A stretch of DNA of 63,825 bases, filler included, from Ministeria vibrans ATCC 50519 (GCA_943704425.1; 7 parts of 7 records of this genome joined end to end with filler, not necessarily neighbours in it); one strand, 5' to 3'; positions 24,381 to 42,040 are shown, numbered from the whole stretch's first letter. The notes: generated by a model from the sequence alone, not told the origin. A program made the numbers and translations.

Positions 24381-24518
24381 GAAATAGACTTTGCTTGGTT
24401 TCCCGCGGCATTCTCCCTGTATCTGGAGCGACTGAAGGCGAGGCCACCAGTTACACCAGAATCTTTTTTTTTCTTCTTCTTTTTGATTTGTACAGCATTA
24501 CACAAATTATTAGTACAC

Positions 24519-25194
24519 TTATGACGCAGCGAGGGAAACGCCACGCAAAACGTCGAACCACTCATCACGCTCATGATCATTGCCGAGTTTCAGCAAAAAT
24601 GACTTGGACTTGTCGTCGTCCCAACCGGGGTGACGTGCGACGCGAGGCATAATCTAAAACAACAGAGTGTGGGTTCGCACTCGTACACATCGGTGAGTGT
24701 GTACGTACCTCAATGCAATGCTTGGGTTTGGCCGGCTTGGAGATGTCGGCACCGCGGAGATAAATACAGCCGCGTGGGTGGAGTTCTCTGTAGCTCTACA
24801 AAACATTATGAAGCGAGCGACAGGCGAGTGAGAGATGAGTTGGAGCTTTTTTTTAGTGTGTGTACCGGTGAAGGAACAAAATAGAAAAGAAAGTTCCCTT
24901 GGACAACACACTCTCTCACGCGGAATCCAGACGACCAATAGCGTGTACGGTCACCCTAAGAAGACGTCACACTCTGAAGTCTGAGCGAGGCGTTGTGCTT
25001 CGCGGTCGAACCTGCTTCTCCAAAAACCCCTTCTTCACCACCTCGCCGTAGACCGCCATGGACTCAAAGCTCCTCGACGACGACCCGATCATGTTGTATA
25101 TCTTTTTGTCATATTCCGTCATGACGGCACCCTCAGGCGCAGTCAGGAGCGCCGACCGTGGTCGCTCGGCAAAGGGATGGTCTTGCTCCGACAT
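24519..25194 (-). CDS. Small PH-domain protein, about 4 exons
   Basis: VVKKGFLEKQ/G..FRVRECVVQGNFLFYF, and a C-terminal helix ERDEWFDVL before TAA at 24521-24519. Confidence 0.7.
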
Positions 25195-25331
25195 GGGTGA
25201 AGAAGGCTGCGCACTCCAACAGTCGGCCTGCCAGTACGTGGAGGAGCAAAGGAGTGAAAGGGGTTGTCCGTAGTCACTATCGACTGGTTTCAGTTGAGAC
25301 GTGACAAATCACAAATTAGAAAAAACTTAAA

Positions 25332-25332
<1 letters not shown>

Positions 25333-25405
<73 letters not shown>
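25333..25405. repeat. (AAT)n directly followed by (ATT)n; AT-rich quasi-palindrome
   Basis: Direct reading. Confidence 0.9.
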
Positions 25406-25760
25406 GATTACGACTATTCTAATCAAAATCAGAAAGAGAATCGAGAGATGTAAAAAATAAGTTATGTAATATAGTGAAGTCTACGGCGGAAGTATAAATC
25501 AAGTATTCTGTATTGTCAATTGTGCTGCTCTTTGTTTTGTATATAGTTTTGTTTGGACATTAAGTACAGCTCTCGATTCTATATTTATTCTCTTATATAA
25601 TATAGTTTTTACTTTTAGAGTTGAAAGACATTCCATGAGTCGATCTTCTCATTTTATGTAGTCGTCAAAACAACAACGTCAAATCTACGTCTGTTGTTAC
25701 TCGTTTCAAGCCGCAGAACTCTGGACGCTGTACGCGAGGCTGGTTGGGAAACGCCTGGGC

Positions 25761-26677
25761 TCATAGGGAGTTGTAGGCAAGTCCAAGTTGCGTGAGATAC
25801 ACAACTCCCTCTGGACTCGTCTGCACAAGAGCACGCGCATCTTGACGTGCAGCCATCCACGCGTAACGGTAAATAAACGGCGAGGCATCCAACAGGGGGA
25901 CAACTTCTTTCATGAAGGCAAGATGGTCCTTGACCGGCTTGCCGTCGGCGTGGTCGCCACAAGAGAACTCGGTAAGCCAGATGGGGAGGTGGTACTTCTC
26001 GTGGAGACTCTTGAGATACGAAAGGGTGTGCGTAGCATTGCAGCTGTAGCAGTGCGCTGCGAGGTACTGAATACGACAGCCTGAGCTTCCATAGAGTGCT
26101 GTGCAATTTCCGAAAAATGCGTCAAACCACGGAATACCGTTGCCAGCAGTAGCTGGCGACACCAATAAACTGTGCGGAAACTTGTCCATGATGCGCGCCC
26201 AGGCGACGGCAACATCGAGAGGCGACATGTTGCAGTTGTGTTTGTTGTTCGGCTCATTGAAGCCCAGCAAAAACGTTTCGTTCGCGTACGCCGGCACCGG
26301 TTTGTCAATGGACGAAAGACACCAGTGCATCGGCACAAACTGGCGTGCAGTTGAGCCTCGCGTCTTATCACAATCGCCTATATTCTATGCGTGAGTGAGA
26401 GCTCTCTGCTGTTCTCTTCTTGGGATGTGCGTCTCACTCACCTTCCGTCGTTGAATAGTATGGAGAGTCAACATTGTAGTCGTAGTACCAGCTAGAGATG
26501 ATAGAGATGCTCGTGTGAGAGCGATGTGCGCACGCTGAACTGTGTTTACGCAGCGGAGTTCAGGAGAAGAGGATCATCGCAATTTGTGGCCGTTCCACCA
26601 TTGGCAACAAAGCCTCGCTTCTCGTGCGCTACAGTCAGATGAATAAACAGTATGGTAAATGACACAAACAGCAGCAT
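25761..26677 (-). CDS. Secreted glycoside hydrolase family 128 (Asl1-like beta-1,3-glucanase)
   Basis: Signal peptide, KRG, WYYDY, FVPMHW, catalytic LLGFNEP and PIWLTEF motifs, LVSPA, RYAW. Confidence 0.88.
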
Positions 26678-26802
26678 GCAGAAGAAAAGTATCTGTAAAA
26701 TATTTAAAATTCTCAATGGGAAGTATTTGTTTTATGTCTGTGTAAACCTGTGATCAGTCACTTCAGTGTTCACTCCCATTTCTTCTCTTTTGCTCACTCA
26801 AA

Positions 26803-28573
26803 ATGACCTCCCTCTCAACTGAATTCACAGACTCGCTGTGCGAGAAATTTGCCGCCGATCGCTCTGCGCGCACCGCACAAAACGCTGTGACAGCAACCTC
26901 AATTGTCAACGTCTCGTTGAACCGCGAAGCGATTGTGCGCGGCAAAGACTTCTCGTGTTCCGTCAAGCTGGACGACTGGTCGGCCACAAACCAGGTACGC
27001 AAAGCGAACAGGAACGCCCCCACGTCGAGCAAGACGACCGTTCTTTTTCGTTTCAGAAATCATCTGGTCGATGTTGGATCTTTGCCGCTCTCAATCTCAT
27101 GCGACCGGGCACCATGAGCAAGATGAAGCTGAAGAAGTTTGAGTTTTCCCAAAACTACGTCTTCTTTTATGAGAAACTCGAGCGCGCCAACCACTTTTTG
27201 TCGGCAGTCATTGACTTGGCCGATCGCGACATTGACGACCGCACACTCGCCTATCTGCTGGACAAGCCCCTTGACGACGGAGGCCAATGGGACATGTTTG
27301 TGGCCGTTGTGAAGAAGTACGGCGTGGTGCCCCAGTGGATCATGCCCGAGTCAGAGTCTTCCTCCTCCACTCTCTGGATGAATCGGTCCGTCTGCGCTCT
27401 ACTACGCCAGGGCGCCGCTCAGATGCGTGCCGAATTTGCCTCGGGATCGGTCATGCGCGACCAATTGCACGCTACGACCAAGGCCAAGATTCTTGCGTCG
27501 GTCCACCGTATCCTCTCCATCCATCTCGGCACACCACCACGCGCGTTCGAACTGCAATGGACAGACAAGGACAAGGCGTTCCACCGCGTCGCCGACATGA
27601 CCCCATTGCGCTTCCTCGCCGACTACACCTCGATTGAACTTGACGACTACGTGTGCCTCGTCAACGACCCGCGCGCCTCATCGCCGTACAATGCTCTCTA
27701 CACTGTTCAGTACCTTGGTAACGTCGTTGGCAGTGCGCCCGTCCGCTACCTCAACGTCCCCATGGAGACCATGCGCGCCCTTACTGTCGCCACACTCACC
27801 AAAGTAAGAGGATACCTATATAAAGAAAAGGAGCAAAAAAAAATGAATACTAAACAATCAAAACAAAACATTGGTATGCAAATAGGAACGTGAACCCGTC
27901 TGGTTTGGATGCGACTGTGGCAAATCTCTCCATCGAATCGACGGTGTCTGGGACACTCAGCTCTACGATGTAAACAGAAAAGGCAGTACCTCTCTACGTA
28001 CTTCTCACTCACTGACTTTCTCACTCTCCCTCTTAACATGCATGGGTACTAGCTGGAAGGATTGTATGGTGTTGATCTTACAATGGACAAGGCAGCGCGT
28101 CTCAACCACCACCAGACGCTTATGACACATGCCATGCTCTTTACTGGCGTTGATCTGGATGACGATGCCATTACCCCTCGTCGCTTTCGTGTGGAAAACA
28201 GGTCGATAATTATATTTGTTTTGTTATTAAATTATATAATATCTTAAATTCTCTCTTTCCCTCTATGTACCCTCGCGTTTTTGTTCCTTCTCAGTTGGGG
28301 CTCTGACAAGAGCGGCAAAGACGGATTCTACATGATGACTGCGGACTGGTTCAACGAGCATCTCTTTGAAGTTGCCATCAAAAAGGTGCACTGTTATTAT
28401 TAATTTTGTCGACAAATTGGCTGTGAATATCTGTCTCTGATTTATTCCTTTCGTAGTCTCTCCTCTCTGCTGACCTGCTGGCGGTGATTGACGAGGGCAC
28501 CGTGACTACTCTGCCCGCATGGGATCCCATGGGCGCACTCGCTCGCTCCCACGACTGCTCACTCACCCACTAA
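26803..28573 (+). CDS. BLMH: Bleomycin hydrolase / aminopeptidase C (peptidase family C1B)
   Basis: TNQ/KSSGRCWIFA, FEFSQNY, DDGGQWDMF, VWFGCD, MTHAMLFTGVD, RVENSWG, LPAWDPMGALA. Confidence 0.95.
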
Positions 28574-28652
28574 TTTTTTCATACTTATACACGTACCATT
28601 CTCTGTCCATCTCGATTTTTTTTTGTGTGAAGAGTACAATAGAATGAATATT

Positions 28653-29717
28653 TTACTCTAATAAATCGTTGGGAAATGACACGACGGGACTTGTGTTCAT
28701 CACGCGGCTCATTTCGCCATCGTACAGTCCAAAGGCACCGCCCGTGTGCCAGAACAGCACCTGCTTCCCTTGAAACACACTGGCATTTGTTTGAAGCTGT
28801 CTCTGCAGTCCCATTGCCGCTAAAACATCACACAAGAGATTAGTATTGGGCACTTATGCGTGCTCTGCAATTTGTTTCCATTTACCTTTTCCGGTGTAGC
28901 AACGGTCAAGAATGATTCCCGTCTCAGCGGCAATGCGCTTGACAAAATCAAGCTCACTGTCCGTAGACAGACCGTAACCTCTGCCTTTAGCAGTAATGAT
29001 GTTCACAATCTACGTGCCATCAAATTTTTAACGTTAATTGTTTATCATCTTATGATTGTCTTTAGTGTGCACCCCTTGGTGCGTTGAGCCTGATTCGTGT
29101 TGTTATTTTTGCTTTTTTTTTTTTGCTTCGTACACTCTCTGAGCGCACATTGGTGATTCCCAGTTCCCGAAGTTGTCCATTGATGTGCTGGTGGAAGTAC
29201 GCAGGGCCGTCGCACACGGCCATGGCGTGTATCTACACAAATTTATTATCCACACGCTGTCCCTCTCTCTACCTGATTTTTTCATGTACACGTACTCTCA
29301 TAGGCGAGCCAGCCAAATGGTTCGCAATGGCTAGTCCTGCTGCGGTGCTACCACTGCCAACCGTCACGACCACGTCGCTGACACCTGCGTCTACAATTTC
29401 CGAATACGCATCGATGTAGCCCCAGAGTCCACGTGTATTCGAGCCTCCGACAGGCACAAGCATGCACTTATGACCGTGTTCTGCAGTCGCTTGACGTGCC
29501 AAAGCCTCCATACGCGGCTTCAGACCCTTCTCATATGAGACGGGTGGCACTGCGTACATTCGAGCACCCACCAGACTTGACAACAGTACGTTTCCCGAAT
29601 ACCCAATGGCACTCGGCTGTTCATGGTGCTCCGAGCGGAGCACCAGTGAACACTCCAGACCGATTTGACGTGCTAACAACGCAGTAATTCTACAGTGATT
29701 CGACTGTTCTCCGCCAC
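28653..29717 (-). CDS. D-cysteine desulfhydrase / ACC-deaminase-family PLP enzyme; 5' exons missing
   Basis: GGEQSNHCR, GNVLL, PVGGSN..GLWGY, GSGSTAAGL, GIILDRCYTGK, VLFWHTGG. Confidence 0.88.
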
Positions 29718-29758
29718 CTACAGAGACAGAGGGAAAGAAGATAGCTCAAGGCACACAG

Positions 29759-29800
<42 letters not shown>

Positions 29801-29942
29801 TGTTTCTTTCTCCCTCTTCTCTCCCCTCTCTCTCTCTCTCTCCGACAAGTTGATTGCGGAAGCCTTTACCCACAAGTATGTGTTTGTCAAACTCTGTCTC
29901 TCTCAAACTCTCTCGCTCTCTCTCAAACTCTCTCTTGTACAG

Positions 29943-30199
29943 GTGATGATGTGATCGACACCGTCAAGGAGTGCGTCAGCGAGCAAAAACTCAAGTTTGC
30001 GAACTTTGTTGCCACCCGTCACACTTCCAGTCATATCATCACGCTTGATGCTGAGTTCAAAGTCGGCAGGTATGTCAGGAAGACACCAGGGATGAATAGG
30101 CGTGTTCCTGATTCCAAGCTACACACAATATTATGTACATGATAAGTTGAGTGTGAGTGTTTGCATCAAACAAAGCTTAGCACAGGAATTCGACTGTGA
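29943..30199 (+). CDS. Orphan 3' exons of an unidentified gene; 5' part lost at the (CA)n junction
   Basis: Acceptor at 29942, open frame [41 protein letters not shown], donor at 30070, and a possible short last exon 30181-30199. Confidence 0.4.
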
Positions 30200-30364
30200 G
30201 GGGCAGCTAAATGCCGCGCATAGGAGGGCGCAGAATATGGCTTCAGACTTGCCAATGCTTGGCGACGAAGGTGGTCAGCGAGACGAGCCATTAGAAATAA
30301 ATGGGTAAGATGTAACAAAATTGAATTGAATACGTTTATTACGTTCTTTTTGTTTGTTTTTCGT

Positions 30365-31764
30365 ATGAGTAACCAGCATACGGATCACCTTGTCGATCCA
30401 ACGTCGGCAGCTACTTCCGCTTGCTGGACTGCGCAACTCAAGTTGGACCTCTCCATTGAGTTTGAGCCGACAAAACGCATTGTCGGCAAAAATGTCGTCA
30501 CGGCAGCCTGGAACGCAAAGAACGCCAGCGATGTGAAACTGGTGCTGGATACGCGTGACCTGGACATCACAAGCGTCAGCGACGACGAAACAGGCGAACC
30601 TATCGGGTATTCTCTTGGCACATACGACAAAGTCTTTGGGGCGGCACTCACCGTCAGCGTCCCCGCTGCAAAGTGGCCTCTTGGTCAAATGGACGTCCGC
30701 ATCGAGTACGTTGCGGTTGAGGCCACCTGCACAGCGGGCCAGTGGCTCTCCTCTGAACAAACTGTTGGCAAAACGGCGGTAATTACACCAAAGCGCGCGA
30801 TTTCGTCCCCGTCTCATTCTTTCGCTCTCTTCGCAGCCCTACTTCTTCACACAATGCCAGGCGATCCACGCACGATCCTTGCTGCCATGCCAAGACACTC
30901 CCGGCGTCAAGACACCGTACAAGGCGACCATTCGTGTGCCCGCTCCTTTGACAGTGGTCATGTCTGCCGCGCACGCAACGCACCGACCAGACCAAGGTGT
31001 CTTTGAATTCGTTCAGGAACACGCCATCCCTGCTTATCTCATTGCCATTGCCTGTGGTGCCTTGGTCAGTCGCGAGATTGGTCCGCGCACGTCGGTCTGG
31101 TGCGAGCAGGCGGTACTTGACGACGCCTGCTTCGAGTTTGCCCAGACCGAAGAGTTTCTCAGCGTCGCCGAGGAGTTTTGTGGCCCCTACGTGTGGGGCC
31201 GCTACGATCTTCTTGTCCTACCACCGAGCTTTCCTTATGGTGGCATGGAAAATGTCAACATCACCTTTGTCACCCCAACCCTCATTGCAGGAGACCGTTC
31301 GGTAACGGAACGCAAACGCAATTGCATAGCAACCTGTATCTACAAAATCATAATAATATTATTAATAATTATTATTTCTTAGCTTGCCGATGTGGTTGCA
31401 CACGAAATCAGTCACTCGTGGACGGGAAACTTGGTCACCAATGCCACGTGGGAGCACTTTTGGCTCAACGAAGGCTGGACCATGTTCCTCGAGCGCAAAA
31501 TCATCGCCCGCGTCCATGGCCGCCACAACAACAACAACAAGAGCGACGACGACCTTGCCGCACGTGACCTCCATGCTCTCTCCGGGTGGAAGGCTCTTGA
31601 GGCTTCAGTCGATCTCTACGGCCACTCACATTCCTTCACCAAGCTCTTTCTCAAGGCCGACACGCCTCCCTGCGATCCCGATGACGCCTTTTCCTCCGTG
31701 CCCTACGAGAAGGTATACTTTTTTCATACATACTATCGTTCATCCGTTCTAGTATGTGACCTAC

Positions 31765-31854
<90 letters not shown>

Positions 31855-32723
31855 TCACTCACTTTGTCTATCTCACTCACTTTGTCGATATATCTATCTA
31901 GGGCTTTGCCTTCCTTCACTACATTGAGTCGTGTGTGGGCATTGGGCGCTTTGAGGAATACATGCGCGCATACATTGAGCGATTCAAGTTCAAGAGCATC
32001 ACCACGCCCGAATGGAAGGCCCATTTACTCGACTATTTTACTGCGTCCGAGCACGAGAAGCACGCAGTGGCTCAGATTGACTTTGATGCGTGGCTGACGG
32101 GCACCGGTCTGCCTCCCACGCGTGTTTCACTCAACACGACACTCTCCGACGCTGCGGTGGCCCTTGCCACTCGCTGGTGTGCTGCGACAGTCGCAGAGGG
32201 TGTTGCCACGGGCTTCTCTGGCTCCGAGTTGGTGAGTGCTCTGCCGTCACCGGCGCCCAATTTGCTCTTCTTACCGTGTGTTCTTCTCTCTTCTTTTGTA
32301 GGACTCCTTCACTTCCGCTCAAAAGCAAACATTTCTGGGCGCTCTTTTGACACAACTCAAAGCTCTCAAGACTAAACCGGGCGCCGAACTCACACGCGCC
32401 ATGGACTCCCTCTACGCTCTGTCCGACTCGAAAAACGCCGAAATCCGCTTTGCATGGCACATGATTTGCCTTCTGCTTCAAGACGAAGCTATTCTCCCGC
32501 ACGTCACCCAGTAAGAAACAATCAAAAATTTGCAAGTTGTGAGTCGTCTCACTCGCGTAGGTTCCTGACCTCTCAAGGCCGCATGAAGTTTGTGCGTCCT
32601 CTCTATCGTGCACTCCACGTCTACTCTCCTGCTGCCGCTGTGACGCTCTTCAAGGACCACCGCAAGCAGCTCCATTCCATTGCGGCGACAATGGTTGCAA
32701 AAGACCTCAATGTTACCGATTGA
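30365..32723 (+). CDS. LTA4H: Leukotriene A4 hydrolase-like M1 aminopeptidase
   Basis: [77 protein letters not shown]. Confidence 0.95.
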
Positions 32724-32860
32724 ATAAAAAATCCCAAAATAAAAACAAAATTTTGAATGAAAATGTGACACAAAGTTCTTGTGTATTTCGCACGCGCCTG
32801 GGTGTGAATATATATGTGTATGTCGGTGTGTGTATGTGTGTATATATGTGTGTGTGTGTG

Positions 32861-37100
<4,240 letters not shown>

Positions 37101-37319
37101 AGCGGCACGTCGGCGTCCACTCTATTGGCGATGACAGCAGGAGAGGTTGAAAAAAAATGTTTGGTCAAGTCAACAAAAAAACGCCGGCTTGTGAGCGATG
37201 TGGGCTGCAATAGATTCCAATCAATCTTTCATATCGGCACAAAACAGTGTTGCTGCACTATGGGGGAGAGAGTGGCTGAGCATAGGTGGAAATCGAGCGA
37301 GAGGCGCGCGTGAAAATGT

Positions 37320-37348
37320 TTTGGCGCGAGACCGGCAATGGCGCGAAA
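37320..37348. promoter_or_regulatory. Two E2F-consensus sites in the divergent MCM2/DDX54 promoter
   Basis: TTTGGCGC at 37320-37327 and GCGCGAAA (reverse complement TTTCGCGC) at 37341-37348, about 220-250 nt upstream of the MCM2 ATG. Confidence 0.6.
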
Positions 37349-37645
37349 GGATCAAACCCAGTCAAATACAATGAAAAACGTGCCGGTTTTCGTGCTCTCG
37401 CAATGATTGTAAGGTGTATATAGTTGGGAAGTGAAAGAGCCGCAAAGAAAGGTCGGCGTAGTACCATGACGAAAATGTCAAAATATGAGCGAAAAAAAAA
37501 AGATTAAAAAGAGGACAAAGAGCGCAAAGGGGGGCATGAGACGTGCTTCATACCATGTTTATGTGTGTTTTATGATCGAGAAAGGGGCTGGAGAAGGAAA
37601 ATATTTTGAGAGATAGAAAGATCAATAGAAATTAATTATTTTCCT

Positions 37646-40600
37646 ATGGTTCGCATTGTTGAGGTTAACGACGAAAAAGACCTGGACGCCGTTGAGCACG
37701 CTAGTTCTATTGGTTCTGACGAGTCGGACGAGTTTGATGAAGGAGAATCGTCCGACTTTGACGATGAGGACGACGACGACTTTTTCGACGACGACGACGA
37801 CGATGACTCGGACGACGACGACGACGACGACGAACTCCTAGAGTCGGATGAGGAGGGATCCGACGACGACGACGACGACGATGACGAGCTCGATTTCGAG
37901 GAGGTTGCTCCCGTGAAAACACCCAAGCGACTTGAGGCCGGACACGTGCAGGATTCAAACGACGACAGTGATAGCGACGAGAGCGTAGACCTGACGGATT
38001 TCATTGGAGGGCAAGTGGATGAGCTCCGTGAGGGGCGCAAGGCGTCAGGAAAGCGTGGGCACAAGGAGACAAGCAAACAGCAGCGTGGTGAACTTGACGA
38101 TTTCGACGAGCTCGACGAGGACGACGATGATGACGACTTTTCCAGTTTGACTCGTGCAGCAACCTATATGGAGGAAGGCGATGAAGAGAAGCGCGAAAAG
38201 AAACAGTCGAAGAAGAAGTCGGGTGGCTTTGAAAGTTTTGGTATAGACCAGCGCAAGGAGGAACGAAAATGCCACGTTAATAATTATTATAATTATTGTT
38301 GTTGTTTCTAGGGTTCACTCGAAACGTGTACAACGGAATCAAGAAGAAGGGCTACCGGCTGCCCACGCCCATCCAACGCAAGACGATTCCGCTGATTATG
38401 GACCAACTTGACGTGGTTGCGATGGCACGTACCGGCAGCGGCAAGACGGCGGCCTTCGTGCTGCCAATGCTTGAGCGACTCGGTTCGCACGACCGCAATG
38501 GTCCCCGTGCCCTCATTCTCAGCCCCACCCGCGAACTTGCTCAACAGACGCTCAAGTTTACGCGTGAGCTTGGTCGCTTCACTGACTTGCGTGCGCGTCT
38601 CATTGTTGGTGGTGAAAGCATGGACGTAAGTGGGTCCTTTTTTCAGTGACTAGTCTTCTTTTTGCACACATTTCTCTCCCGCTCTTTGTTCCTCCTTCGT
38701 TTTTCTTCTTCGTTTACTTATTTTTCTTCTTCTTTTCTCTCTCTTCCTTTCTCTCTCTCTCTCACACACACATTTGTTTCTTTCTCCCGCCTCTCCTCGA
38801 CCACTTTGGCTTTCTTAGCCAACCTCTCTTCATCACGTTCCTCACCCTTCTCTATTTCCCAGCAACAATTTGCGACGCTCCACGACGCCATTGACATTCT
38901 GATTGCGACACCCGGTCGTTTCCTGCACCTGTGCGTTGAAATGGAGCTGCGCCTCTCGTCCATTGCATATGTTGTCTTTGACGAGGCCGACCGTCTCTTT
39001 GAGATGGGCTTTGCCCAACAGCTCAATGAGATTCTTGCTCGACTTCCCGAAGACGTAAGCTGGACACTCTCACTCAACACTTCTCTTTCCTCACATATGT
39101 CTCTGTCTCTATTAGCGCCAAACTGTGCTGTTTAGTGCGACCATGCCGCGTCTTCTGGTGGACTTTGCGAGCGCGGGGCTACGCACGCCGCGTCTGGTAC
39201 GACTGGATGTCGAGCACAAGCTGAGTGCAGACTTGCAGCTGGCGTACTTTGCAGTGCGATCGAGTGAGCGACAGGCGGCTCTTCTGCATCTACTCGAGTC
39301 GAGTCTGATCCCGCGCACTGCGCTTACCATCATCTTCGTGGCGACACGCCACCACTGCGAGTATCTGCACATGCTGCTGCATGCACGTGCCATTGAGTCG
39401 ACCATGGTTCACGGTTCGCTCGATCCCACCGCCCGTAAGATCAACGTCGCGCGCTTCCGTGCCGGCAAAGTGCCCCTACTTATTGTGACGGACGTGGCAG
39501 CGCGCGGTATCGACATCCCTTTGCTCGACTACGTGATCAACTACGACTTTCCAGCCAAGGCGAAACTCTTTGTGCATCGTGTGGGTCGTGCGGCGCGTGC
39601 GGGTCGTGCGGGCACAGCCTTTTCGATTGTGACGCCTGACGAGATGCCCTACGTGCTCGATCTGCACTTGTTCTTGGGTACGCCACTGCGACTGGCGCGC
39701 GAGGACGGACAGCAGGAGAGTTGCAAAGGGGGCGTGCTGGGCACGTTGCCACAGGACGCGCTGGACGCCCTCACCGAGACGGTGCGAGTGGCCGTCAAGG
39801 GAAGCGACGAGCTGACGAGCCAGGAGCGCACCGTCACCAATGCCTACGAGGAGTACCATCGCAGTCGGCCGCTGGCGTCGGGCGAGTCGGTGCGGCGCGC
39901 ACGTACGCTCACGGTGACTAGTTTGCCGCGCCATCCACTCTTTTCCGAGACGTATGACGACGACGATGAAGAAGACAGCGATAGTAGTGGACATCGCCGT
40001 GGAGAAAAGGCCAAGAAGGCAAAGATGGCGGTGAGCGCGCGGGATTTACTGGAGCGTGTACGATCGTTTCGGCCACAGCAGACCATTTTCGAGCTGCGCA
40101 AGGGCAAGCAGGGCACGGCGAGTCAGAAAGCAAACGAGGTGATGGCGGAGAAGCGACGGAATCACGATCGAGTGGTGAGCGCGACGGTGAAGGAGAAGAA
40201 GCGCAAGCGAGCGCAGGCAGAGGAAGAGTGGAATGGTGTCGAGTCGACGGAGACATTCAACGAAAACAACGTCTCTGTGATGGAATTTACCGGCGGTGCA
40301 AGTGGAGGAGAGGCTGTGGGCAAGAAGCTGCGACGCGAGGAGGGCTATGTGCCGTACGAGTCGACGGATCGCGAGACTGAGGACGGGCTGTCGGTGCGTG
40401 GCACAGCCGGGGCGTTTGACAAGGCAGCCGCCAATGCCATGCTGGACCTGGTGGGCGACGATGCGACTGAGCTGGGACGCGCACGGAATCTGCGAAAGTG
40501 GGACCGCAAGCGCAAGAAGTTTGTCAATGATCAGGCTGGGGAAGAGGCACGCTCGAAGCGCATCAAGACTGAGAGTGGCTCGTGGATTCCGGCGACGTAT

Positions 40601-41128
40601 AAGTCGCAGAAATATGACGAGTGGAAGAAGAAGCAACGACTGGACGGAAGTATGGTGAGTCTTGCTGGAGAGAGGGGAGCGAGTGCTGGCGATGAGCGAG
40701 AGTTGAGTGGGCGGGACACGAAGGGAAGAGGTGGACGAGGAGCGCGTGGTGGTGGCGGTGGTGGTAGAGGGGGGAGTGGGCGTGGAGGAAGAGGCGGAGG
40801 AGGAGGAGGAGGTGTGCGGAACGAACTCAAGTCGTTTGATGAGTTGGCGAAACAGAGGAACCTGAAGGAGCGTGAGGAATCGAGGCTCAAATCAATGAGC
40901 AAACGAGGAAAGGGGCGAGGTGGGCCAAGAGGTGGCGGTAGTGGAGGCGGTGGCAAGGGCCGTGGGGGTAAGGGAGGAAGCAAATTTGGTGGTGGAGGGG
41001 GGGGAGGAGGAAGCAAATATGGGGGACGGGCGTCGGCGACTGGGGGAGCATCTTCGCGAGGTCGTTCAAGCCGTGGTGGTGGTGGAGGTGGGCGAGGCGG
41101 ACGTGGTGGTCGTGGAGGACGGCGTTGA
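37646..41128 (+). CDS. DDX54: DEAD-box RNA helicase DDX54/Dbp10
   Basis: [78 protein letters not shown]-rich tail. Confidence 0.96.
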
Positions 41129-41304
41129 TTTAGCTTGCGCTTGTAGAAAAGAAATTATTAGAAGAAGAGAAACACAGATTTTCAACTTATTATCAATCAC
41201 ACACAAAAAGCGACAACCCAAACAGCTCATGCTAAAAGCAAATATTATTATTCGTTGAAGGTGAATAAAAAAAAAGGGGGGGGGGGGGGTTTACTGCTTG
41301 TAGC

Positions 41305-42040
41305 TTAGGCAACGATAGAAGCAGACACTTCGAAGCAGAAGAAATCAGCACCGGTCTGGTCCTGGAGCTCCCATTTGACAACGAGCTTGCTGATGGTGGG
41401 GTACTCGCTGAGAACGGCAAGCTGGGCGGTGTAGTTAAAGGCAGCACCTGAGGCAATGGGGCAGCCACCCTAGAGAGAGAAGCGAGTGGGATGAGTGGAT
41501 GAGAAGCTGTCGTGGTCGTTGCCGTCTTCTTACGACAAACCCGTCAAGGGGGTCCTGGCAAGGATCGGGAAGGGCAGAAGGGAAAGGAAGCGGCACGCCC
41601 TGTGTGGGAGTGCACATGTGAGAGTGACAAAGAGATGTTGAAATCCTTTTTGAAATGTTCGTACACCGATGATTCCGTGGATGACCGTCTTAGCGTCGGT
41701 AAGGCTCTCGGTAGAGCTACCAGTGACCGAAATAGTCGCGTTCGTACCCTTCTTCAGCTGACAAGGCTATTCAAAAGAACGAGCGGAGAGAGAAAAAGAA
41801 AAAAGAAGAAAAAAAAAGAAGGAAATGAGACGACTGTGTAAGCTGGTGTGTACCAGAGTGGGGCAAGGGTTGATGTCGAGGACATAGCCGGAAGCGACGC
41901 CCGTGGATCCTGTAAAGTGTGGCGGGTTCAAAGTGGGCTGTACTGTGGCTGACTGGCTTACCGCAGTCAATATATTGTTGTGGCGTAGCGATCGTGACGA
42001 CCGCAAAGGTCACAAAGAGGGCAGCAAAGACGAGCTTCAT
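41305..42040 (-). CDS. NPC2: NPC2 / ML-domain lipid-binding protein
   Basis: Signal peptide, YIDCGS..DINPCPTL/PCQLKKGTNATISV..VIHGII..GVPLPFP..CPI..NYTAQLAVLSEYP..VKWELQD..CF. Confidence 0.9.
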
